NCBI GenBank assembly: GCA_010356995.1
Contig: ML996706.1
Coordinates: 563,789-627,788 of the forward strand
Direction: 5' to 3'
Length of the DNA: 64,000 nucleotides
Source of the DNA: Trichodelitschia bisporula
Lineage: Eukaryota
Below the pieces are notes generated by a model, which had not been told where the DNA came from, did not search any database, and worked only from the letters and a program-made list of their open reading frames with translations. Made by a program: the position numbers and the translations under genes. Below, piece by piece: positions 48,891-63,200 of the stretch; position 1 is the stretch's first letter, and the number at the start of each line of letters is the position of its first letter.

Positions 48891-48994
48891 CGACAACGGC
48901 AGGATTCGAACCTACGCTCCCGAAGGAACTGCCTTACTAACCCAAGATGATGGCGTATAGCAGGGCAGCGCGTTAACCACTCCGCCACGTTGCC
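48891..48994 (-). tRNA. tRNA-Ser(GCT) with 23-nt intron
   Basis: GGCAACG TG GCG GAGTGGTTAA CGC G CTGCC CT GCT A [intron] A GGCAG, long variable arm TTCCTTCGGGAG, then GTAGG TTCGAAT CCTGC CGTTGTC G. Confidence 0.95.
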
Positions 48995-51900
48995 TGTTGA
49001 TGAACTTTGCGCTGCAGATAACAAATATGTTCACCTAACTGCGTTGGGATGACATGAAAGTTTTGACCCTTCTTGCCGTAGTTGAGAGGATACACACTCG
49101 ACTATCGTGACACAAACAGAAACCAACGTCGGTACAAGCTGCCCACGACAAAGACATCAAAATGCACTCGAATTGGCTAGCTCATCTGAAGCTTGATGAT
49201 CCGTTCGCCTCCTGAAGTCATGCCAATATTCGTCACCCGAGGCCTAGCGCTAGCCATCAACTTCATCCCGAACACAAAGCTTTCGGGGGCGCCGAGTTCG
49301 ATGGAATGTCGATCGTGCGCCTCTGCAGCCCAGTTCCCGCACAGCGCCCCTCAACAAAGCTAGAAGTTGACATTCGGGATTTGGAAGGCGACTAGCCATG
49401 CGGTACATGGCTAGGGGCATGGGGTGAAGCGGGATGGTTGTGATTGGAGTGTGCCTGTTTGTGCTGCTGTTCTTCCACAACTGAGACTGACGACTGACAA
49501 GTGAAAGGCACTGAGACTAATCACATCGGCTGTGTGCGAGGGACGCGGAGCAGGCGACCCGCTATCGTCTTCAGATGCAAACTCATGGACGAGAGCACAT
49601 CGTAAGGCACAATGCCATCCTCAACCACACGTAGCCGAGATACCGACTGGCAGGTTACCGGCAATGATGGATTCTCCGCACAGTACAGCCCTTCCTATAC
49701 CGATGACACGTCGTCGGAGCAACACCGGCAAGCCCGATGCAAGAAGTTCCGAAGGCAGGCCCATCCATGCGACACGTCGCGACTCTGCCAAATTACCCTT
49801 CGAGCGTACAATCACGACCGTCCTCGCGCTCATGACAAATCTCGTACAAGCCAGCTGCCATCGTTGTGTCTACTTGCTTGATGCTGAATCGCCGAGCAGA
49901 ACAAACTGCGTGCGGCATCGAGAAGACCGTGGTGTGTAATTCTGTGCTGGGCATGCTGTCATCGGAAAGTGTGCCAAATACTGTACCCAAACCGGACGTC
50001 CGAAACCCTTATCACATACCGAAGCGAAATGATCAATTCTCGCGTGTCTGCCATGTGTACGCCACACGAAAACGTCGAGAGCCGTCCGGCTCCTGGATCG
50101 TGTACAACGGCATCGTGAACGCCATGCAGAAAGCAGTTCCCGGTTTCTACTTCATCAGATTCCAAAGCCATGGCCAGAGTGTGAAGTTAATTGGAATTCT
50201 ATGTTGTTTGGATGAAGGCCAGCCAGTGAGGCGGGTTGCCATCGACGAGAATCCTTCGCGTCTTGGGGGGCGCATTGCACGAATCACAAGCGAAAGGAGC
50301 GACAATTTGCAAAATGCAGGGCCAATCACGACGCTTCGGGATGTGATGCTCGACGAAATGGTTGAAGCTCGACTTCTGAGGCTGAAGAGATATTCCAAAA
50401 TCTTGCGGAAAGCTTGTTCAGTGGTCCTTTGGAACAAATGTCAGACCGCCTAATATGATCAGTTCGCCAACCTCACCTCGTACAAGAACTCCATCATCAT
50501 GCTATCTGGCCAAAGCAACCAATCATATGCCACGGAATGCGGAGGAAGGGCTTCCACAGCCAGCCGCATCCCGAGACAACGGGCTGGCAGCGCCATCAGA
50601 CCAACGGAGCTAGGGGCAACCGAGCCGAGGAGCCGATGATGCTGGCCGTGTGCCTCTGTTCCGAACTCTGACAAAAAATGCATGTACTATCGCGGTACTG
50701 CCTGCTTATTGAGACAGCTGCCGCTGCGTATGAGGCGTGATGAGGTGCACCTATTCCCGGTCAGGTGATGTGATGGCGTCGTGGTCGGGTGTTCTTTGGG
50801 ATTCGGGATTTGGGATATTGAGCAAGGACACTTGCGTGCTCAAATGCTGGCTTTCCAGTAGTCCTTTTAACACCACCCCCTAGCCACCATCGCAACCTCG
50901 GTGTGTTCCTGCGACGCAACCTGTTTGCCGTTTCACGTCCGGAGCAACGCGCTTAACAGATCTGCGGCGGATCGGACGGATCCCGGGCTGCTGCAAAGCT
51001 GCATACCGCATTGGGGCGCCTGGAAACAGAGTGTGTGTAGGGATATTGATTGCGGTCGCGGGTATGTGGTATGCCGATTGGCCACTTGCCACTTGCCTTG
51101 CGCGTCACCTGGCGCGTATGGAGAGGGTGCTGCTATGAAGACCGTATCCCGCACACGCCAACAAGGTGTTGGCGTTGCGATGGCCGAAAGTTTGGGAGAG
51201 AGAACGAGCGTACCCAAAACGGACCTGGTGACTGACGCGATGGCTGAAACTGCCGCAAATTAGCCTCCATATTCCCCGCAGGCAACACAGCTGGCAAGGG
51301 AATGCCTTTGCAAGGGGCTGAAACGACGCTTGAAGGGGTGCTTTTCTCCTTATCTTATTTCCAAACTCCCGTGGCGGGAAGGATTAACGGGGTTTCAGGA
51401 CCGAGAGGGTTGGTTTTCTGCTTCAGCTCAAACTTTGGCTTCAAAATCCATCGAATCGGGAAGGCGGCGGCTGACGGTCAATTTCAAGGTTTTGAGCGAC
51501 CAACGAACGGCGCTCCCCACAATCGCTCTATCCACTCACAGGACAAATTACACGCATCAGCCGGCGGCTCGTGAGCATGGCACACACGATGTCCGCTAGG
51601 GCAACTGTACCCTAGGTGACAACCAGCGGAAGCCGTCTCGATGCGCAGAGGCTGCTCTCTCCACGGGCCAAAGGCAGCTGCCCAAACGACAACCAACAAG
51701 GCCAATATCTTCCGACTGGCCGCGCGCTTCCCTGCCTGTACGACGGTCCAGGTTGCGACGAGAGCGCGCGCTGGCCTGCCGGGTAATATCCAGCCTTTCC
51801 GCCCGGCCCGGGCCTAGTTCTAGTACCGCCCTCCACATCCGCGCACCCCAGCCGCGTCAGTTGAGAAGGTACTCAACGAGTTCCGCAATCAATGCTGCCC

Positions 51901-53851
51901 CAAACAGACGCCATCTCGCCCAACGGAACATACAGTAACCCAGGTCTCCCCCGGATTCGCAGAGTGCGCCTAACTTGCAATTCTTCCTCTTCATCTCTCC
52001 CCTCTCCCTCCCCCCTTCCTCGACTCCCCGCGTCTATCCCCGCCAACCGTCCCGCCCTAACCCCAAACAGCCAGCGCCCAAATCTACGCCCCGCGGGCCG
52101 CATCGCATCCCCTCTGCCCCCCTCCCCCAATGCATACCCGCCATCCCTGCCACCCCGCGGCCGGCGGCTAGCGGGCACAGTCGGGCCAATAGCGGGGCGA
52201 GGCGCGGGTTGGCGCGGCGGTGCGGGGTGACGTGTGGGGAGAGCGTTCACCGACCGCGCAGCCGTGGGCGCAGCGTGGGAGCGAGCATTGACGCGAGTAG
52301 TGCAACGGCTGGCGGAGTGTCTGGCGGAGCGGACGGGGCGGTGGCATTGTCGGCGCTGGCCGGTTCCCGTGAGTGGGGTTGGCCAAAGTACTCTTCGTTT
52401 CGCGGCCGTTTCGTGCGCGCAGAGGGCCGGGGGTGGGATCCTTCATGGGCATGGGGGGGAATGCAAAGAGTGGGCGGATTAGGCGGGGGACGCTGTGCGA
52501 GCTGGCTGGCTTTGAGCGGGCTGGTGCGATGAAGGTGAAGCGTCATTCCGCTCACCCGTCCTTTTCTGGCCGCTCTCTGTTCCGGGTCATTGCTGCTGAT
52601 GCTCCAACCGCTAAGAATTCTCAATACTGCGCCACTGTCGTCCAAGCAAGCTCGACTCTTCCGTGCCTGGCAACGCTGATGCATCGCTTCGTCCAGGGCT
52701 ATCCATCGCAGACCATGCACCGCGCGTACTCCTTTCGCGGGGTGCAGCCGCTGCGGCTATTACGCTGTTTGGCGGGGGGGGGGGGCATGCCCGCCCTTCG
52801 CACCGTGTGTGCCTCGTCTTCCGCCGCCGGCCGCCGCACAGCCGCGCTCAGTCATGGGATCTGGGCCGCAAAGCCGTTGTACGGTACTGCTGCTAGGGTT
52901 CAATTATCCGGAAAAGATGGTGTTGGGGCAAGACTAGGCTACGTCTTCGCCTTGTAGTCTACAGCCTGCCCCTCAGTCGCATCTAGCCCGGCGGTGTAAT
53001 GAGCGCTGCTCCACCCCTGCGGAAGTCAAGCATTCGAGCAGAACTCGATAGGCCATCGTGCTCCCTGGCGAAAGGCAGGTACCTCCGCCGCCTCTCACGC
53101 ACCCTGCAACGCCCCGCCCACGACTTTCCCGAAGCGGCCATCGGTCACTCCGCCCACCCCCAGACGCCCCTCACGCAGCACTGCAACCCTTAGCCACTGG
53201 AATCTGGAATGACTTCACAGACACGCAAGTCTCGTGGATGCCCGTGTGGCCGATATGTACAATACATTAAGGCTGCGTCCTGCCCGGCGCGGGCCAAGCA
53301 CGCACAGTGCAGGCAGCGGGTCGCTGCCTGGACTATCATCGCTCACTCACTACTAGCTAGATACTGACTGCCGTTCGCTGCTTCAAGACCAAATTCCCCA
53401 AGACTGTTCGTGTGGCGCGTTGTCGGTGCCTGGTTCCCGACGACGGCGCAAGAGGTTTCCTCCGCATTACCTGGCTCTCAGGCTCTCTTCCTCCGGGCCG
53501 TGTAAAGACATGCGTGAATGCTCCTGCGGCAAAAGTGCAGGGCCAACACATCGTGAAGAAAAGAAAGGATCAGACCAAAACTCAACATCGCAACGCGTGA
53601 TACCGCGCAAAAACAGATTCCCTCCACTGTGCCCTTGACATTCCCCACCCACCCAAAACGCCATAGCCTCGTCAATCGATTCCGCAGCGTGCTCAAAATA
53701 GGTTTCTCCAAACCAAAGAGCGACGACAACGAAAAACATTCGAGCTTTCGCAATCAATCTCCATTCCTCCCAACGCACCGTATCTTCCGCATCGAAATTG
53801 AGAATATTCATTATCCAGCCCCCAATCACACGTCAATTTCCAACCCGCATC

Positions 53852-55265
53852 CTACGAAACCCACACCGCCCCCCCACCCGGCGAAATGCTACCTTCACGC
53901 TTCACGGGCCCGGCGGAGGTGAGGTAATGTGAGCCCAGGATCGAGATACCGGCTTGCGGAAGGAGAAGCTGATGGTTCGCATGAGGATTGGGCCCCGTCT
54001 GCTGTTGGGGCTGCATGTCCGTGGGGAGCGGCTTCGCGCGCAGCGTAGGGTTCGCCTTAGGCCCAGAGTGCGAAACGGATCGTGCCTTTTGTGAGCGCCG
54101 CTTTGTGCACCCGTCCTCAACATGTCTGCACTCGTTAGCTACCATCCCTTGAGCCTTGAGCAGAGCCCTCGACCTACCTCCGCAGCGTATCCTTCCTCGC
54201 AAACGTACTCTTACAGTACCCACACGCATGCGGCCTCTTCTTCAAATGCTTCTGGTCACAAAATCAGCCCGCATCCCCACCACCCCCACAAGGGGTACAA
54301 GTACTCACACTACTCTCATGCCTCCTCAAATCCGTAAGCCTGACAAACGGATGCCCACACCCCGCATACGGACACACGAACGGCCGTTCCCTGTTCGGAT
54401 TATGCACATGCATGTGCTGGTTGTAGTTATACGTCCTGTCGAAATGGTGTCCACACAGCGCGCACCGGTGCGTGGCGAATTCGCTGACCGTGGTCCGGCG
54501 CCGCCGTTTGCGGACCCGTGCTACGGAGGCTAGGATTGCGTCTTCGCCTTCGCCCCTTACTCCTTCCATGGGTGAGCTAGGGAGACTGGCGCTCCGCGTC
54601 TCGCGCTCGTCGACTGAGGCCGGGCACCGCGCTAGCGACGGGCTCGACGCGCTGCTGCCCGGCCACTGCTCCCCGTCGTACCGCACGTAGGGTCCCGCGG
54701 GGTACAGCGTCTCGGGGCCGGGCCACTCAGGGGGTGAGGCGAGACTGGCCGTTGAGTCGGAGGCGTAGAGTTCGGGGGCGTAGCCTGAGGAGACGGAGGA
54801 GCGGTTTGAAGGCTGACCACGCTGCGGGAGCATGTCGGTGAAGGCGAGGGCGGCGCCGAGGGCGGCGCAGGTTGTGGTACTGCTTGGGAGGTGTTGCGAG
54901 GGATAGGAGGTTACGGAGGTGTCCCAGAGGTGTTGGGGGGAGGTTAGGGGGACGTCGAACCAGGGGATTGAGGAGGGGTCAATGTTGTGGGCATGGTTGT
55001 GCTGGGGGTCTTGATGTTGATGTTGGTGTTGATGTTCATGTTGAGAGGGGAGTGGGCGCCATTGGTTTCCTGCGTCTCCGCTTCCGCCGCCGCTCCCGGG
55101 TGGAGAGATGGGATAGAGCGGGGGAGTCGGCTGGGCTGCAGTGAAGGTGTAGGCGTAGATTCCGAGAGCATCGGTGTTGCTGGTGGTGAAGCAGTCGGAG
55201 GAGGTGTCGAAGGGGGGGGTGTGGATGGTGGGCTGCATGATGGGGAGAATGATGGTGTTGGGCAT
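53852..55265 (-). CDS. C2H2 zinc-finger transcription factor, 3 fingers (about 434 aa, 3 exons)
   Basis: CALCGHHFDRTYNYNQHMHVH, CPYAGCGHPFVRLTDLRRHESS|KH and CGYCKSTFARKDTLRR|HVEDGC. Introns 54308-54252 and 54177-54126. The start could also be 55238. Confidence 0.88.
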
Positions 55266-56138
55266 GAAGCGAAGGTGAGGTTGAAGGTACAAAGGTACAA
55301 AGAGCTATGAAATAGCTGTGACCGCGAAGGGCATAAAGGTTAGGCGAAACGACCGATGCTGGACTGTAGGTAGAGTAGTGAAAGAGTAGTTGCAGCTTGG
55401 AGACTGGGATGTGTGGAGGGGGTGGGGGGCGTGGGAAGCAGCAGCTAAGTAGTAGCTAGTGGCCGTTTGGGCCGACAGGACGGTTTTGGCTCGAGGCTTG
55501 AATGGGAGGAATCATTCGAGAACGGGTCGAGGGCCATTAGATGAAGCCAAGGCAGACCTCAAAAGAGACATCAAGCATAAACTCCCACTGTCCAGGCTGG
55601 TCCTAGCACCGCGGCAGGCGGTTAATGACAATATGGCAGCGGGTGATAGACGGGCAGTGTGCCTATGGAGGGACCGGGGATGGCATGGAGGAGACCATGG
55701 ATTCATGGGGGCGGGGTGGTGGGGAGTGTTGGAGGAGGAGGAGAGTGGGAGGGGGGTGATGGTGGATGGTGGATGATGGATTTCATGGGGGCCGGGGTTA
55801 TTGAGATGGGGTGTGGGATGTGGGTTTGGAAGGAAAAAGAGTATGTGTGTTTTTTTTCCTCTCTTTTGTTCCGCCTGGCCAGTTGGGGAAAGTTGGGCTA
55901 TGGGGTGGGGGGGGGGGGTTGCGGGATTAGGACGGCGGCTCACAGACTGAATGGTGGAGTTTAGACCAAGTCGCCTGTCGCCTGTCGCCTGCGGTACCGT
56001 CCGCTCGGGACGACGCGCCTCTCAGCCCGGGGATCAACGCAATCGAAGAGATTTGAGAGACATTTGCCCTCATTCAATCCATTTTGGTCGCATTATTTTC
56101 CTTCTCTTTGCGTTCCACTCTTTCTTTACAATTCCTCC

Positions 56139-59055
56139 CTACAACTTCACCTTACCAGGTCCTAGCGAAGCCACCGCCGCTTGGAGCTCTTCCACCTGCT
56201 CGCTCAATCGCAGCACCAACGGTCGGAGATCATCCGGAGTGGAATGCGGCGGCGCTGCGGACGTCGCAGACCTTGTCCCGCGAAACTCAGGGCTAAAGCC
56301 GGGGCCCGAGGCTGCAGCTGGGGCGCGCGCAAGCGGTCGCTTCAGCGATGCATTTGTACCGCTCATCGGCCCGCTCAGCGATGAGCTGCGCATGCTGCGC
56401 CTGGCTTGCACCCAGTCCAAGACAGCTTCAAAGGCGAAGATGGCTGCAACGTGCGGCGCGTGGGTCAATTTCAACAACACGATGCGTGCGCTGCGGAGTG
56501 TTTCCGTCGACACAACCAGGCGGAGCGGGCGCAGAAGCAGCGGGATGAGGTTCTAGCAAAATCAGCCTGGTTGCAACACAAAAAAATGCCCCGCAGTCAA
56601 CGAGCGCTCGCACCCAACGGGCCTGCTCCCGAAGCGCCCTTTGCGCAATGCGCAGTGATGGGCTGTTCCGCGATGGCGGGGGTGCGAACGCCTCTGGCGC
56701 TTATCTGCAGTGCCGAGCGCCACCACAATTCGGACCACTCACCAGCGGCGGGAGATAGTATGTCAGCTTTTTGGACATGGACGCCTCCAGCACATACACC
56801 GAATAACTGTCCGTGTCAGTTGCATTGACGTGCCTGCGGGTTGGCTCACTTGTAGAGGTACTCCTCGCGCCCTTGATCGAGTACCTGGGCCTGTTAACGA
56901 CGTTCGGAGCGAACCGCTTCACCCACTCTAGTCAGACTGTTGCTAAGCAAACTGATGAGGGACGTGATGAGAAGTACGTTGGTCATGCACACGAAGATGA
57001 GCTGTTCGTTAATTTTCGCTCCGCTCAAAACGGCAAGGAACTCACCATCAACAAGGGTCCAAGGAACGGGCTTCTGTATGCTGTTAGCAAACTGCACATA
57101 GTCACGACTGCGTCTAGCCCGGAGGTTCCGCCCCACATTTGACGCGCAACATCCTGTACTTGTTAATTAATCCTCCCGGTGATAAGTGGACCGAAATACG
57201 TACAAATCCCAGGCTGGACGAGCTGCAAGTTGCGATTCATTAGCAGGTGGCCAGAGAAAGCAGTGCGCGCATTGACTCACCCGAAAAACACTCGGACAAG
57301 TACCCATGACATTTGCTCTAGCGTGAAATTGTCGCGCGCCAGCAGGGTGAAGGTCGTCAGGAAACCTACCCATTAGCCGCCGCCGGCCCGCAACCCGGTG
57401 ATGCTCACCCAGATACAGAATGATGACCAGTATCAAGAACTTTACAAAGTCCTTGGTCTGACGGGATTAGCAGTTGGGCCTGCACGGTACGTGCACACTT
57501 ACCATCTCGCGCAGGCAGGGTATCTGCGCGGTCAGTCGCTCTTCGATCAGACGTTTCACTTAGCACTCACCAGGGTTCCAAAGTACGGGTTCAAGCTTAG
57601 CAGCGTTGAGCAGATCCTGTTCAATTAGACCGAGGCCGACGCCGCAATATAACTGACCGTGGGACCAAAAAGAGCGCTTCCAGGGCTAGAATGTCGAATG
57701 CAGTCTCGATGAGCTGGTCAGAGCCGTTGGCAATGCCAATGGATCCTGGTCGTTAGCGCCAGGCAGTGAGGGCAGTGACAAACTCACGCGTGACAAGAAA
57801 TGCAACGCCGATGACTACGATGGCTATGTCCCACAGGCTCCAGAAGTCGGTGGCGTAGAAAGCCTGGCCAGCATCGATGTATTCGCCGACTGCGGCCAGT
57901 GTCAGAGGTGGTGGGCAAATGCAAATCAGAGAAACCCACACTCGTCGTACGCAAAACTCGCAACCCACACGTAGAGAAAGATCTCAGCCGGTGTAATGGA
58001 GCGCATCGCATGCGGCGCAAGCCCGGGCGATCCGCTGGTGCGCTGAATCGGGACAAGTACGGCGTAATAGAGTGCCAAAAACGAAATGAAGAAGATGCAC
58101 TGGAATGCCTTGAGATATTGAGGCACTCGGAGCCTGCAAAACGGGTCCGCCTTTCTGCACCGGTTAGCCGGAAATTATCGCCGTAACTGGCACGGCAGCA
58201 CCGGAGCACCTTTTGTTGTAGACTTTGGCCTCTTTGGTTGATTCGACGCTCAGGGTTTCCCAGAAGACAATATCGCCACGCCAGATGCTTTCGACGATGC
58301 GCTGCACCACTTTCTGGCTGAGAAACTTTTTGGCGCGCACGACCGCTGCAATCTCGAGGGCATGTAGGTTCTCGAACGAGGCCCCAAAGTCGTCCCGCTC
58401 AACCAGTGGGTCGCCAGTTCCGTCATTCTGTGGTGTGTCCCGCAAAAGTGGCGTTCCTTCGAAGGGGAGGCGGCCCGGGTGACTGCCAGCCGATGTGCCG
58501 GACTCAGATTCCTCGTCGGCGAATCGACGACCGCCGATGAATGCCGGCGGCAACTCAGTAAGCAGATAGTCGATGGCATCTCTGCCAGATAGACTGGACA
58601 CAAAGCGCCATGCTACATATTCGCACGCGGCACTGCGCGAGTCGTTGATGCCGCCATCATCGTCGGGGTCCAGAACGTCAAAATGGCCTTTGAGGGCGCT
58701 GCACACGCCGTGAGCACTTCAAATTTGGACAGGAGGTATCGGTAACTGACAGAAGTGCACAGACAATAGCACGATGGCTGACGTCCTCACTTAGATACCA
58801 TATCAACGGGGAAATGGTCTTGTGGTGTCCGGTGATCCGCAGCTCGTCATACGTCTGCGGCACCCGCACAGCCTCCGTTATATAGCTAAAAGTATGTCAA
58901 TAGGCATAAAATTACGTCTCCCTCTCCAGCGCAACTCGCCTTTCGAGCTTGCACAGTAAAACAGCGAAGGAATCATCATCCTTGATGTGGGGTAGTTGCG
59001 GGACATCTGCGGGCGATACAAAGGACGTGGCGGTCCCTGGCCTACTCCAGGACAT
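56139..59055 (-). CDS. TRP-type cation channel (Yvc1-like), multi-exon
   Basis: GINDSRSAACEYVAWRF, ALEIAAVVRAKKFLSQKVVQRIVESIWRGDIVFW, RLRVPQYLKAFQ, SLWDIAI, TKDFVKFL, TM helices and a C-terminal coiled coil. Not all exon boundaries were resolved. Confidence 0.85.
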
Positions 59056-59418
59056 CGGGGAGGTTCGATAGATGAGGCTTGCACAGTTTTTGAGCCATAA
59101 AACAAACGGTGTGGAGTAAAAGCCAAAGGGTGTCGCGGATGGGCTATGCGCATGTGGTCGGTTTGGAGCGTCTGTGGCGGCAGCTGCGGCAGAGCCCCAG
59201 CCACGCACTAATGCACGGCGGCAGGAGCGGCTCGATGCGCTTGGCTGTGGCGGGTAACGCGGGTATCCCGCTCGGCGTGATGCAAGGTACCGATTCCCGC
59301 GTCTAATCCCTGAACAGGCGACGGTCCCCACTTTTTCGGTGGACCGAACATCACCATCAGCACAGTCAACCCCAGAAAACGTGTTCAACAGCACAAAAGA
59401 GCCGTCAAGTTTTGCTCA

Positions 59419-60223
59419 ATGGATACGCAGTCACTGTTCAGTCAGGCTCCGATGACTTATGATCAATACATTGCGGCCTCGCGCCGGAGGGTAAAGTTTC
59501 ACGCAGAAAGCGATGGCCTTGTGCCAGACGCATCTCCTGCAATATACGAAGAGGAGTTTGGCAGTGACGATTCTGAAGCGGTTGCAGCAAATGACGTGCC
59601 CGATAACGTCACGAAGACTTGTGAGGATGCAAGTCTTAGAAGCATAACGGAGATCACAGCGAACATCCGCGGTGTGCCGCGCCGCCAAACGCCGTGGAAA
59701 ACTCTACGGTCGGCAAGCTCATTGAGTGATGGGTTCGAAGCGCATGAGCGCCAGATAGAGGGATACTCACGCGGCAAAGACCGTTCAAAGCGACACTCTC
59801 TTCCCAGAAAGCAGCTCGAGCTTGTTCATGTTCCGGTTCAAAACGTATGTTGCAGCAATGAGTCAAGATCAAGGCTTACTTCTCCAGCCCTCGGTTCCGA
59901 ATCGAAGGACTGCCGCAGAACTTGATGCATTGGCGCGGCCAGGTCAAGCCGAGCGTATGAGTGGCCACGGTCCTTGGGTGGAAGTTCCCGAGATCATCGA
60001 GGATGACCCACCGGCGGCTTCGAATGCCGTCAGCCCGGAAGGACAGTTGACGAGTATGCTCCATCCGAAGTTCGGATTTCGAATGTGCCCAGTCTACGCC
60101 TGGTTAATGCTAACAAATATCTCAGCCTCTCAATTGTTGTTTGCCGAAGCTGAGGATCGAGCAGTTCCGCGCACCACATCGTTGTCCTTTGTCCCTCCCT
60201 TTCTCCCTTCATTTAGATTATAA
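59419..60223 (+). CDS. Hypothetical protein (about 229 aa, 3 exons), divergent from the TRP channel gene
   Basis: Introns 59845-59887 and 60054-60125 (GTATG...CAG) give a continuous frame of 230 codons; no recognisable domain. Confidence 0.5.
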
Positions 60224-63200
60224 ACTTCAGTTGAGAATCAAATGGCGTCCGCTCCGCCAAAAAATTGAATTTCAGGGATCTCGGATAAGCCTGTCGAGAT
60301 TGTCTGCGACCTATTTTCATCCAATCTTTTCGCAAGCCATGGCAAACACATGATCAAAGAGTGCTGCAGGTCATCCAAATGGGATATGCAAGCGCGAGAA
60401 GCTCAGTTGCCGCTAACCCGCTTGCAACCCCCACACTATCCGTGCAGCCAATGATTCTACGCGGATCATCGGGTAGATGGCAGCGCGGGGCTGACGGGCG
60501 CCGCCCCGGCCCGCAACCTCGGGATCGGGCCGTCGGCTCGATGAAGCTGCAGCCCGTGCACACACAGCCAGCACACTTCGCCCACCTACATTACGAAACG
60601 ACGATTGGACGGCGTGCCGGCAAGAAAGATTGTGCCTGGACCAGCAGTTCGCCGATTTTCCGTTTGCACCTTGGTCGACGGCAGCAGCGGAATGTGGGGA
60701 TCAAGCCTTCAATGATCTGCGTGGGTTCATCTTCTGAATCGCCATGCGATTGGCCGATGCTCCCAAATTTGTTTCGTCTGAGATGCGAAGCTTTTGTGCG
60801 GAAAGCTTCACCCCTGGTTTGAGTTGTTGAGTCGGTACGGGCTGAACGATTGGTAGGCGACGCTGGGAGCTTCTCCATTTTTCGCTAACCCACACGCACA
60901 ATCGTTGCCAGCATGCCGCTTCGTGCTCATCCAACCCGCGCAGCGCCATCCACGTCGCCCGCGACGGATGTCACTTCTGGGGTGTTGCCAAGTCGTGCAA
61001 GCGCGGACGATGTCCGGCCCGCCAACCACGCTGCCCCGCTGCGTTCCAACCTCATCAGGTTGCATGACGCCAGACCCGCGCGGCCACCGCGTCACGGCCA
61101 TGCTGGATGTGCGGGCCATCTATCGATCTACGTGTGGAATTCCGCGCACCTGGGTCGGAATAGTCTCCGTCATGAGAATCATTTCGCTACACTTTAGGAC
61201 GAAGGGCCGACGGACGGGCAGTCAGCCACTATAAATCATCACGGCCGAATTGGTGCTTTGACTCGCTTGCTAAAACCCATCCGGTTGGGAAAGTCAAAGG
61301 ACACCGCTTCCGGAGGTCGTTTCTGACCGGCACGGGCTGATCGGGATGTCATCCTCTGCTTCTCGAAAAAGCTGCTGCCACATGGTGGCTGCAAGACACT
61401 TTACGCGGGTGTCATGATTTAGATGTCCTGTTTGCATGGCGAGGTGTGCGTCTCGTTCATGCGGGTTAGACTGAGTCGGGTGTTGTTGCCGTTTGCAGCG
61501 GCTTGGATGTCTGATGCCTTTGCGCCGGCCTCCTGCAAGAGGGTGTATGGGGATATGTCCCGACTGGGCCTTGCATGAATGCCATGCGCTCCGGGATGGC
61601 GGGAACACCATGCAGTATTTTTCTGACTCTCTCACTGCAACCTCTCTACGGCTGACCGTATATCTGATTTCTGATCTGGGTAGATTTGCGGCCTTTCGTT
61701 CCTGTTTGACCATTCGGATTTCGGATAGCGGCCCGTGGCTGGCGCCAGGTGATGGTCGAGAAGGTGTTGCCCCGCTGAGGTACTGCTTCGGGAGCAGTTT
61801 GCCCGTCCGCAATCGCTTACAATGACAATCTGTCATTGAGCTTCCAACCACCAGACTCTGTCGCTGTCCTAACTAATACTTCTCGGTCAACGAACCCGCC
61901 ACGCGGGAAAAGTACTCCTCACCAGCGGCTAGACGGCTCGATATTGTCTAGACAAGCGCCATGTGCCCACGCCTTCGCACTGCATTTCTCATAGCCCCCA
62001 CAAGCTCGTAGCTTGCAGGCCTGTTGTCTAGCGTCCTCTCGTGGAACCTCAGTCCCCACGACCTCTCCACGATTAACCCCATAACCCTCGGCAAACAGTG
62101 TCCCATCCTCTCCGCCACCGCGGCATTGACTCCTCTGCAGAACGGCATTCCCTCGCCTCGATCTCGCGCGCGCCCCCTCTCCAACCCATCCCCCACTCCG
62201 TACCTCCCGATGCCGTTGAAGACGTCCATGCAACCCAACACACAGACATCCTTATCCCCCCGCAGGTCGTATCTCCAAGCCCCACATACGAAGTACAGCC
62301 ACGAAGTACCTCCGCGGCGTTTAACCCGCACCATTAAGCGCAGGGGTACATGTACCGTACCTCACCAGGGTCTTGCTCACGCATGCCGCGTCAAATCCAG
62401 CTGGGCCCATCTCCACGACTGGCAACGCGGTCACACTTTGCAGCGCCTGGCGCCACGCCTGTGATCGCGCCCGCTGCTGCGGAGAAGCAGCTGATCAGAT
62501 GCGCATGCGGGCTTCCCTGCTGTTTCTCACATGGATTGATGCTGTGCGCGCATAGGTTGATATGTGGAACTGTCGGCGTGGTGGTCCGCGCTTCCGCGCG
62601 AGCCGGAGTGACTCTTTCACTATAGGTGTGCCTGCGTTGGCGACGTGCTGCTGTGCTGTATTGCTGGGGATGGGAGTGAGGGAGTCCGGTGTGAGGGGAT
62701 TAAGGGGTTGGGGGCGGGGATTTGGCTGGATGTGTTTGGGGTTCGTGGGGGGGAGGGCGGTTGTTGCGAGGCCTTACTGGTACCCGTAGAGACGGAGTTC
62801 ACGGGCTCAGTGCTATTTATGGGGTTGAAGACACGGTACTGGTGCTGTGTTCGCCTTGAGTGGGATGGAGAAGATTAGGGTGGGATGCTGTGGGTTTGTG
62901 ATGTGATGAACTGACAATCCCGCGCTCGCGGGAATGAGAGAGGTGAAGGAGCTGATGAAAATGTCTTATGAGGGCCCGGCGCGTTGGGTTTCTGGACGGC
63001 TGAGGGAGAGACGGTTTGTGAGGGAAAGTTGGGCTGCGTTGGGTTGTCGGGCAGCAATCTGGTCTGACAGTCTTTCCGGGTAAGTTGTTCCCTTCGGTTT
63101 TACTGCTCTCCTTCAAACCGTTTCGTACCGTCGGTCTTGTTCTAGTTCTATTCCTCTAGGACATCCTTCTGACAAACGCGTTATCCCGAGTCCAGTCTCG

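Noticed and set aside
47200..53800. Many 60-195 aa ORFs around tRNA-Ser and downstream of the C2H2 gene
   Set aside because: No domain motifs or consistent exon structure recognised; they may hide decayed genes but cannot be supported by eye.
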